Below are positions 53,314 through 64,000 of a DNA stretch of 64,000 nucleotides, piece by piece. How positions within the stretch are numbered: position 1 is the stretch's first letter; each line of letters opens with the position of its first letter. Where the stretch lies: positions 14,198,001 to 14,262,000 of the forward strand of contig OZ059894.1 in the NCBI GenBank assembly GCA_964057225.1, read 5' to 3'. The notes beneath the pieces were generated by a model that was not told where the DNA came from, ran no database searches, and worked only from the letters and a program-made list of their open reading frames with translations. A program made the position numbers and the translations under genes. This stretch comes from Auanema rhodensis. Its lineage: Eukaryota > Animalia > Nematoda.

Positions 53314-54907
53314 CTTTTAATAAACTCTTGTAAAAGGTTATTCATTGTTATATTACAATATTTTCATTTTTATAAAGGTTAGAAACTATTCGTCAAAATT
53401 TACAGCCGTACTTTTTGCAGTTTGTTGTGTTTTTGATTAACGTTGTTGAAGTATACACTAAATTTCTTATGATTGTCATTTATAACAGATGGATTTCTAT
53501 TGTTTTTTGTTGTAAACAAGCCTGATCAAATCCGTCATTTCCCTTTTTTTATAAAAAAAAACCATTTGAGGTCGACTACTGATGTGATATGAAATAATAC
53601 TTTGCTTTTTCGTACAATTACGCCTTTCATGTAAATAAGAAATATAAGCAAAGAATTGATGCATGAACTAGGCTGTTGACTAAAACAATGCTCGGGAAAT
53701 TAAATGAAATCGAATTATCGACAATAGTTCTGTGAATCAGGTTATTTGTGTATGTCACCACTTATCACTCTTCTTCATCGTTATCGTGAAATCCTCTGTA
53801 ATTTGGATTAAAGCCATTTCCGTATATTCTATTTCTGCAGAAGGTGTTTAGACGCTTTTCATGGAAAAAATGTGTCTACGAAACCAATCTGAAGTGGCAT
53901 GATTGTAGTGGTGGGTACGAAATACCCCCAAAGCTACTTTAATCTAATAGGGCCCCGATGTTTCAAAAAAAAGTCTGAATAAGGACGATTAGTCCGTTCT
54001 CTAATTCGGTGTTTGATTTCATATGTAATTGATAGCGGCGAGCATCACTGCCTCTTAGATTCATCACAGATGTATTGCTTTCCCCTTAGTTATCTATCTC
54101 ATAAACATGTGACTGATTTTTCTTCGTTTTTTTGCTGCCAAACTCGGTGCAACCAGGGGTGTCTATTAAATAAATTTATTGACACTCAATCATCTTATCA
54201 AGAAGCTCAAGGTCACATTTGTTAGTTTATGTGGGCCATAGATGAAATTACTGAACTAAGAAAGAAATCTTACAAGTTATAGACCAAATATCATTTTTTT
54301 TAAAAAAAGGTTTAAATTCTGAAAACAGGGTGTGTGTGGTTTCTTGCAAGAACGAATCTCCAAAATTTAAAAAAAAGTTTTGAGAATCACCGATTTAATC
54401 GGAAATACTTCAAGTTTGAAGAAATCAAATATCTACCAAACAATAATAAATTATTACTTTTTTAAAATTTTCTTCCACCTTTTTTCAATTTTTGTAGTTT
54501 GAAGTCATAAACTTGTGACTACTGATATATCTATATCTATGTGTTGACACCAGAGAACACAACAACATGAAAATGTAATCGTTCAAGTCGGAAGCAAAAA
54601 AATCTTGATCGTGTTGACTATACATACGAATAGATTAGTTTCTGAAAGAAAAATATTGAATTTGTAAAATATTTTGTCAAAGACCTATGGTTTGCTAATT
54701 CTTTTCTTGTAGGTAGTTGAAGTTAAGGGCCCTGGTGACCGATTGTCGACGAAACAACGATTATGGCTTCACTACTTCTCCAAATGGGGTTTTCGAGCGG
54801 AGGTCTGCCATGTTGTAGGTTAGTTGTGTGTGTGTGCCTATGTGTTCAGAAGAATTCTTTTTTTAAATTACTCTCTTTCAGCAAAAAATAATAAACAAAT
54901 CGCTTAG
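48780..54907 (+). CDS. fan-1: Fanconi-associated nuclease 1 (UBZ, SAP-like, TPR-like and VRR-NUC domains; multi-exon)
   Basis: UBZ finger [20 protein letters not shown]; [17 protein letters not shown]; [11 protein letters not shown]...[20 protein letters not shown]; [17 protein letters not shown].../[19 protein letters not shown]...AEVCHV. The short last exon AKNNKQIA* is inferred. Confidence 0.96.
53231..53308. repeat. (GA)n microsatellite (~39 units) in the 2.1-kb FAN1 intron; shorter GA/TC tracts occur near 16740, 18935, 29310, 31100, 32275, 57555 and 58635
   Basis: Read directly from the sequence. Confidence 0.97.
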
Positions 54908-57553
54908 CAAGGACAACCTTCTTCAAAAGGCACACGTTGTAGAAATTAATTTTGTTGTGAATCTTTTTTTTTGTTAAAAAGTAATATTTTCTTGTTCTCT
55001 GTTTTCTTTCTCTCTTTCTTATGCACGATCTCTGCTTTAACTCTACTTCATTCTCTAGTTCTTTCCCCATTCTTGATGATCAAACTTCTTTGAGGTTACG
55101 CACATAGAAGATTGCATGCAGTTCTTTTTTTTTCTTTTCTAAACATTAAGTATATGATTGTGATCGTAAGCAAATTGTTTTGTCACATTTTGTCTGAACC
55201 TCGTGCAGGAAAGACATAATCTTATCTCGTAAACTCAACTTCTCTGATTTGCTGTCCCGTCTTTTGTTAACTCAACTCGTGTTCTTACCTATTTTTGAAT
55301 CTTCTGCATGACTTGTTCAAACAGAAGCTAACGAGCTATGTAAATAGTTATGTTATTTTGTCTTTTTAGTCATAAATACTCACCAGGCATCAGTGTATTT
55401 TCATTTTCATTTTTCTTTATTTCTCTTTCCCTCTCAGATCATATCTAGTGTTACTGGTTGAAGAACAGTAGTAATAATAGTTGAATCAAAAGTGGGAAAT
55501 GTGATCAGTATCATCAATGATGATTGCATTTGATTCGTTTAAGTGAAACTGGATCTACGCTCTATTCGAATATTTCTTTTGGCTGAGTATGGGTTTGATG
55601 AAGAGGTCGAACTAGGAAACTACTCGGTACGGTTCAAAAGTCATGCTAGAGTTACTTCAATCGCCTGTTCTCGTTCATCAGATTGTCTGGAGAAACACTG
55701 GGAATCGTTGACGACGGGATCGTTGTCATGAAAACTTCATAAAACGGATACCCTTTGGTCTAATTTTCTCTGAAAACTTTTTTAAAATGTTCGCTGAACG
55801 CTAGTTGGATTGATTAGTCATTGGCTATAAATAGATAGGGGAAATACATTCATATCTATTTAAAGTTCCAACTAGAATTATCCGAATATATTGTAAATCA
55901 AGGAGATAAACTTCAATTTCAAAGCGATGTATCATCAGTTAAAAATGCTGTTAACTACTCTATTCCTTAACTGAAACATGTTCCAGCCTAAAGTGATTCA
56001 TACTTCTTTGAATTTTGGAGACTTATTTTCACGTTACAGCACTTTTATTATCTGTTGTTCAAAAGTAAATTAAATCTTTTTTTCTTCCTCTTTCTCTCAA
56101 AACAGTACAACGAACAACATATGGTTAAGCTTATAGACTGAAATAAATTTTATGCTAATGTATTCTTAACTATATATGCAGTTTTCCTGTTTTTTTAAAT
56201 AAAATATTGATAATAAAGGACATGATCACTTACTCATAATCTTATAGTACATTTAAAACTCATGGGCTTAATACCTGTACAGTACTATTTACAAATTTCA
56301 TTTATTCTATCTGAAAGTAGTATTATGCAATGCTCTTCGTACTATTGTTGTTATTATTTTGTATAATAAATTATGGGAATCTTATAAAAATAACAGAAAA
56401 ACCATTTGTTTGTAGATAATACAGCCCTCTTCAACCTTGTATTACAAAGAGTGACGATGGTTGTGCTTCAGTCTCCTCTTATCCTGCATGATAATCTCAT
56501 TAGTTATTTGCTTACAAGAGTCAAAATAAGTTTTTTTCGCTTTCTCATCGTGTTTGCAATCTGTTTTCCAGCATAAACAGTCAGCAATTGTCAAATGTAC
56601 GTTTGTATATGTATATGTATGTATATAGTTCTTGTATAAGTGTTGCTATAATTAGTTCCAAATGGTTAACTTGCTTTGTTTTTCTCACTACCAGACCACA
56701 CGATAGTATCAATATATTTCAGCTTCTTCTCTACATTTCTCTTCCAAGTGTTTCGTTGTATTTGATACAAACAGTCATTTTTTTGTTTCTTTTAATGGTC
56801 ATCGGTGGTATAATCGTCATTGATTGTCCATTTTCGTGTTCTTTTTCGTTGTCACTACACATACACTCCATTTCTTTGCCTTCTTTTTTCTTTTTTTCAA
56901 TCTGAAACAAGATGATTTTTAATATATTGTGCAGCTTCCGACAACTATTTTTAGTTTTTCATGTTCTTCGCGAATGTTTGCTGATATCGACCATTAATCA
57001 AAGTTGTTTCATTGATCTCTAGACATGTTTTGAAAAAATTCAATAATATACAGTAATATACATATGTTTATATGTATATATGATAGCCATAGATTCCAGA
57101 ATTTATCTTTTCAAATAGTAACATTCATAATATCTATCAACAACATTTCATAAACATATAAACATTCAATATAGTAAAAGAAACATCTGTCTAAGCTTTA
57201 GTAGCTAAAGTAGCTTCTGTATATACACTAGCCAAGTTTTCATCATAACATATGTTTAACTATTCAATTTAACATTTCAAATCAACTACATAATGCTTTC
57301 GTCACCTTAACTATGTATTGTTATTCTTTTACTCTTATCTATCTTCTTATAAAACGAACCTTTTAATGATGACTGTCGACGAATATTTTTCTTGATAATA
57401 GAATTATAGCAACTTGTTATTTCAAAATGACACTCTAATCTCTTTTTGCAGTTTTATTTCTAATCATATCACTAAGTTTCAACCTTTTTACATGTATTCA
57501 TCAAGACGTATACAACTATTTTTTCTTTAACTCATCTGTCTTTCTATGTACTT

Positions 57554-57587
<34 letters not shown>

Positions 57588-60500
57588 AAAGCTTCTTTCA
57601 TCCAAATAGGATTCTATACGTCATTTAATAGAGGCTTATAATCTAATAGTCCATAAAAAATTTTGTGAGATCATAGGTAGTCCAGTTTGAACACCTGAAA
57701 TATTTAAACCTCGTGGTTATAGCTCACATATAAACCTCGAATGAAGCTCATTTTATTGTTTTTCCTAACTAGTTGTGTGTATTTTTGGCTACTGTTTACT
57801 TCCACTATTAAATTTTTATTTTATTTCATATTAGTTAGTTCAGTCATTGTTTAATATTATTTATTATTTTTTCTCTTTTAATTGACCTATTGAGAAGTAT
57901 AAAATAATATATTATCTTCTATATTAGTTACATAGACTGTTAGAGACCACTATCAGTTTAACCTTTTTTTTTCGTTCAATGTCATCATATTTCTTTCCAA
58001 AAAAATTTTCAAACAGTACTAATAAGTTTCATTTTATCTTTTTTTTAAACAAAAATTATTTCATATAATTCTCAATCGTAGAAAATATTTTTAAAATTAA
58101 AGCAATTAATGCTTATATCTCATATAATAACAAAATAATTAAAAAGAGTTAAATGAAATCTTTCATATATCATATAACTAAATATATATATAACTATAAA
58201 TAAATAAAATATAATAAAACTATAAATATTTGAATATATTTTGATTGAAAAACAAATGTACGAATCACTAATTATGTTTAGTGGTTTTGGTCAAAAACAT
58301 TAAAACAACTCAATTCCATTTTTTTCCCAAATGACATAAGTATATTATTGAGTAATATGATACTACATTGTAAATAAATTAACATTCCTCATAATCAAGT
58401 TACAATTAAACTTTATTTATGTGTATGTATGATGTTCATATACATACATACATACATACATACACATAATTACATAACCTAAAAAGTATGTAGAAAATTG
58501 AATCAGATTATAGATTGTACGTAGAACTTTGATTAAAAACAACTGTTTTCTATCTGTAATGATGTTCTATCTTTTTCCCAATTTCCGCTACGAACCTCCT
58601 TTTCAACTTCTTCTGTCCAATCATCGTCGTGGTCTCTCTCTCTCTCTCTCTCTCAAAACATATAGTTCTCTCTGTTCTCTTTATTTTTCTATTTAACTCT
58701 TTCTCTCTCTCTTTTCCAGTCTCTTTTATCGTCTCTCCATTATTCTCTTCTATATTTTCACACAGCATGCTTCCGGACCAATGTATTGAGCTACAGCAAT
58801 AGCAGATGTTTTCTGTTTTCGTTAGAAAACATCGCGACTGTCTGATTCAGAATTTAAAACTTTGATGAGATCGGTCAGTGCTAACAGAGTTTAAATATAT
58901 AAATAAATTTGAAAAAAAAAAGAAAAAAAGAAAAAGATTTTGAGAAGAAGCCAAATATGAACTGTTGTGACAATATACATATAGTGAAAATTGACAGTTG
59001 TGTGATGATGATGATCATAAGCCAAAAGTAAACTACAACACATGATAACCAGATTCAGAATAATTTTAAGAAAAAGACAAGTTCATCTGTTAATCACGTA
59101 TTTCATCGTAGACGGTATCAGAATCACTATCATCATAGTCATCTTCGGTATCGTTGTCGTTACTATTCTTAGTAATGGTTCAGTGATGTGCATGTATGTG
59201 ATCCGATGCGAAGTATATGTGTGTATCTGTATTCTTACAATCGTCCGGTTTATCAATAGCATCATCTTCATTCGTTTTTTTGGTTCTCATAGCCATTCAT
59301 GGCTGTTCTCTTTTCATCAGTACTCTCCATTATTCTATTCTCTTTCCACATCTTCTACCGTTATTCATTTGCAAACTCTCTGAACTTCGATCTATTTTGG
59401 TTAAAAAAACGCTATCAGATCCGTTTTTCTCAATTTTTTTTCTTATTGTAGTCATTCAGACATAAGTTTCTGAATGTAGTCATGATCAGTTCGCACACCA
59501 TCATTTTCAATCAGCCAATTAATGACAAATATATGAACATGCATACATACATGTTCAATTCTTTGACAGGAGAATCACGAAATGAAGATAAATGTATGAA
59601 ACTCCAGCAATATCGCCGCTTAGTCCCGCACTATTTATTGTCTTCACTGCTCCATACATTTTCATATTTTCATGTACGTACTCCTTCAATATATATTTTT
59701 TTATTGAAAATTAGAAAAGGAACATGAGGCTGACACATTTCTTCTTCAACAATTTTATTTTTATTTCCAGAAAAAGTGAAGATTATTTTGTTGTGTTAAG
59801 TCTCATAGTAAGCCAAACATTTTCAACAAAAAAGTGCAGAATGTCTGTATGTATTAGGTTGTATTATCAGGAAAAAGGGTGTAAATATCGTCAAGTTTTG
59901 TATAAAATTTGAAAAAAAACAAGAGCAGCTGAAAGTTGCATTACTAAGTAGTGTGCACTTTGTGTTCGATCCCTTATCAAGTTCCGGAATTACAAATTTT
60001 TTGCTCGCTTTGCTAGATTAGCAAGTATAATAATCAAAATTGGAAGAAACTATATACATACATCTATTGATGAAAGAAATTGTTTATTGCAATGCTGAAA
60101 ATATGAATGTTGTATGAATATGGATGTATGTAGAGAGGTAAAAATGGAAAAATGAAATAACAAGGAAAAGGAAGATGGAATGGGTTAAATGGTTCCAAAA
60201 GCCCCAAACTTCCTAAATCTTTTGGTTTCTTTTCATTTCAGGAAATTAACCAAATGCCATTTAAGCTGACCACATAATCCAAAAAGACACTCGAGCCGTG
60301 CTACTCGTCGGTAAGTTTCAAACGAAAAAAAAATAAGAAAAGTTAGCTGACCAACTCATTTTTCACTTCTATCTCTATATTTAGTATTTAAGTATTTTAA
60401 AAATATATATATATATATATAGATATATTTAAAGAAAAATTTCAATTCAATGAGAAACATAAAAAGTATTAAAAATTTCTTTCATTTTCTTTTTTACTTA

Positions 60501-61777
60501 GTATATTTACTGTTTTAAGCTGAATATTAGAACATCATTTTTCTTGTTTCTCCTTTTTTTTTCATTTCACACACTCTCTTAGCCTTCCTTAATGTATTTT
60601 TTTCACACAAAAAAAAACAGTTTATTGTATGTTTTGTTTAGTTTTAAATCAGAAAGAAAATGAGGAAATACAAGAAATTTTTTTTTTCGAAATAACCAAA
60701 ATTTTGTTTGTTTTCTTCAATAATAACATGCTTTAACAATTAACTCTTGTTCATTTATCACAATCATTCTGTTTTTGATGTACTTCACTTCCTAAACTAA
60801 ACTTTATCCAGTTTTAGATCGAAAATTCATATCGAAAATTGGCGTTCAACATACACACCATAAGCGAAAAGCAAAGAAAGCGTAGGGAGGGGGGATTGAG
60901 ATGATGTGGGAGAAGTGAATGGAACAAATTCCAAAACCATTTTTCCAACCCAAAAGATATAAAATGAAAGTATCAAAATAGCAAAATATTAATCCGTTAT
61001 GAATCAGAGATGCAATACATCGGAAATGCGTTGAGTGCCGCATGTTTCGCATATTTGTTACGTTGAGTATGCACACCACCTGTGCAATGATTCATTCAGA
61101 CATCATTTACTATCCACTCTTCTACTCATCAGTTCTGCAGAATATTTTAAATATGTTGCGTGGTTACGTCACATGCTTATTAGAATTTTTTAATAATTCA
61201 CGTAAAAAGGCACGTGAGATAATGAGTAGTTTCATTATCATTTCTTATCACTCAAATAGCAAGAGCGGTTGAACTTTTGTCATTGTTACCTCTTGTATAT
61301 TCACGGTTGTTATATAATTTGAATTCAATACATACACTTATTTTCTATTTCATTTACTATTTCTGGTGTGCTTTCAAAGAAATATGATTATAGGCTTTCA
61401 ACATCTTATCAACTTATTTTCCAAGAATTTCATAATATTATATTTAAACTGTCTCAATAGTTTCATTTTCAATTCAAATAGTTTTTTTCCGATTTAATTT
61501 AATTTTTTTTCTTCCTGATCTGCAATACCTTCCTGGTTTTGCAATATATACTATACCAAACATATATACCAAACAAAAAAATATTATAAAAGAAGAGATT
61601 AGCTATAACTTGTTAACAAAAAAAAGAATAAAAGCCAAATAAAATTATTTGATAAAAGATTAACTTTTTCTTTCCAAATGCTCAATAGGACCATGAAGAG
61701 AAGCCATCCTGTAATCGTTTTCATATTTTAAGTTTTAAGTCAGATCAAGCCAATACTAATTTCTATAATTCTTATAT

Positions 61778-61809
<32 letters not shown>

Positions 61810-62293
61810 GATAATACATATTATTTTCTGTTTGAGTAAACTTTGTAGATAACTCTTATTCTCACAATCTTATTCAGTAACTGCAATCAACATGAAGCTA
61901 CATCGTTAGCAACGAAATGATGCTTGATCAGATTCGAAGCTTCATTCTTTCATTCACAATCAGTCTACCTTAAATTTGTCTATCTTCTCTGCCAAGATTT
62001 TTTTTATTTTCTTTCTCTATTTAAAAACATCTCTCTGTATCTCTGTTTCTCTCTCTCTCTATAATTCCCTCTTACGCTTTCCCTTCTTAATTCCTAAATC
62101 AGAACCTTTTTAACTAACCTGTTCCTCAGTTTCCCTTTCCTCAGAAATCATTTAACGTGCGTGTAGTCAAGGCTGTTTAACCCCCTGAAGGCATATTATG
62201 TATTCTGACAAGCGCGTCAATTCTCTCTCACATAGCGAAAAAGCATGGCTATTCCACCAAAAAACCAGCAACTTTATCGTTTTTTCAGCATTT

Positions 62294-62444
62294 CACGTGC
62301 GAAGTTCGGCTTACATTATGCAAATCTTTCTGATTAAAACTATTAAAGTTGATCTTATGCCTTTTCCGGACACGTGATATATCCTATACTGACTCTTTAA
62401 AGTGGGCGGAGCCTTTTCTGTCACCCAGCCTGGCAAGCCACGCC
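62294..62444 (+). promoter_or_regulatory. Putative promoter/enhancer: E-boxes plus Sp/KLF GC boxes
   Basis: CACGTG at 62294 and 62371, GGGCGG at 62404 and CCACGCC at 62438, clustered in a locally GC-enriched patch ~650 bp upstream of a candidate first exon. Confidence 0.35.
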
Positions 62445-63077
62445 TCCATTCGGTAGTATTATTGGAATCAGACACTGAACAACACGCTCTTCAGTCATTC
62501 TTTCATTTCAGTCTGTCTCCCTCTTTCTTCAAATATCACCTTCAAAATTCCCATTTTTCAATTCTTGTTTTATTTTTTAAAATATTTTCTTTTTTCATTT
62601 GGAAATTATATCAAATGTTTACTGTATTGCAACAATCGTTTATGCTGGTTGTTACTCTCTTACTGACTGACAGACATCTAGTTATTCGCTTTAGTGGGAG
62701 GGGTAGTTGGCCTATACTGCTTACCTTTCCCCGTATTAAGACGATAATCATCCATATTTCTTTCTTGAACATTCCAAACGTTTCCATATCCTTCGCTTTC
62801 TTCGTCGTCTTTTTTGTCAAAATCAAATCATTCCCGAATATTGTTGTTAATGAATTAGACCAACAAAAGTACTATTTTTCTAATTTTTTTCGATTTTTCG
62901 TGTATTGTATTGAATTTTCTTGTTTATTATCTTTTCTATTATTCTTAGAGTATTATCTAATTTCTTTAAATATATAGAAATCAAATTTATCGACGTGGTC
63001 ACGTCAATTCATCTACTACTCACAACTACCTACTCTACTTCTTCACTTAAATTCACTACTTTTCCTCAATTCTCAAC

Positions 63078-63135
63078 ATGTCTATGAAAAAGAGAAGCCT
63101 ATTTGGAAAACTGTTGAAGCTTGTCGGAAAAGGAA
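63078..63135 (+). CDS. Possible first coding exon of a gene continuing beyond the window
   Basis: aacATG...MSMKKRSLFGKLLKLVGKG (basic amphipathic) followed by a consensus donor GTAAGT; no second exon identified. Confidence 0.35.
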
Positions 63136-64000
63136 GTAAGTTACTATTTTTGTTTTACTAAATAATCAAAGCAAAAACTATTTCTTTACATTGATTTTTA
63201 GAATTTATAATCATTAATTACGTAGATATATCTATATTTCTTCTTTTTTTTCCTCTTTCAATCAAATTTCCTATATGAAAAAATGTTTTTCTTTATTTAT
63301 TTTTTAAAACAATATCTTCTTTTCAAAACAAAAGTTGATTCTTTTCCGTTGTCTATGCTATCTTAGTTGTCCATGTGGCAGCAAGAGCTTATCTTGAAAT
63401 TTCGTTCATAAAGACATCTGATACTGATGTCTGGCTGGTTATAAGCCATTCAATTTCTAAGCTCATCTAACACATTTTTCTTCAAACATATTGTCTTTTG
63501 ACAGTTTTAAGCTGATTGTTGGGAAAAAAAAAAGAAAAAGAAAATGAAAATGAAAGAAGATGAATAACAAGAAGTACCACGTGTTTTTAATAACGACCTA
63601 TCACAGCTTGGAAGCTGTTGTGCTTAGCTTGAAAACTTTTATTCAGCTTGTTTCCACTTTTTTGCTGACCAACATACTCTCATCATCTTTATTACATCTT
63701 TGTTTCTCACTCAATATCACGGATAATCCAACATACTTGTCACAGCATTCGTTTTGTTTTTGCGGTTTTTCAATCAAATTACTCTTCTGGTTCAAGCATA
63801 TTATGACCAGCATAATGATTGTCAGCTCTTCCGATGAGCATGAACATCCTGTTTCGCATCTGTCTTATCACCAAAAGATTTTTTTTGTTTTTCATCTCTT
63901 TTGGAATGATCTTTACGATCCACACCCTTTTGATTCGTAATATTTCATCATCTGACAAGTCTGAGTAGCTTCTGTTTCTCCTTTTTCGAACTATTTTTAT

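Noticed and set aside
53161-53382. RE-rich and LS-rich ORFs (also at 16507, 18823, 29154, 29526, 31037, 58550)
   Set aside because: Translations of (GA)n/(TC)n microsatellites.
57667-57690. bantam/miR-80-like seed TGAGATCA (also near 4628)
   Set aside because: No convincing pre-miRNA duplex with the seed on the 3' arm.
59042-59383. Hydrophobic ORF and an acidic antisense frame
   Set aside because: Low-complexity (CAT/CGT)-type sequence; the acidic frame has an internal stop and no consistent splice model.
62402-62977. 191-aa Phe-rich ORF (and 63560-63940)
   Set aside because: T-rich compositional ORFs (the first with a GTG start) with no domain; more consistent with promoter or intron sequence.

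Overview
Very AT-rich eukaryotic DNA, almost certainly a nematode (many 40-55 nt introns, nematode-type GPCR and tRNAs, abundant (GA)n/(TA)n). The ORF track is mostly noise because the real genes are spliced, so I rebuilt them by hand. In order: a partial class A GPCR (-, 1-2084); a ~15 kb gene-poor stretch; five signal-peptide genes (17-27.5 kb, one lipocalin-like); a single-pass membrane protein with an AHNAK/periaxin-type PDZ domain, with tRNA-Phe nested in an intron; a GC-rich structured ncRNA candidate (~38.64-38.88 kb); a ~1,750-aa probably GPI-anchored mucin of ~165 decapeptide repeats (- strand; the 1677-aa + ORF is its antisense shadow); a GC-rich minisatellite; a D-arm-less tRNA-Met pseudogene; a TREX-like DEDDh exonuclease directly upstream of FAN1 (candidate operon); and a gene-poor 3' end with a possible promoter and first exon. 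The best novelty candidate is the TATA-preceded, G-U-rich ~245-nt RNA with 7SK-like topology. All structures were folded by eye and no database searches were run.
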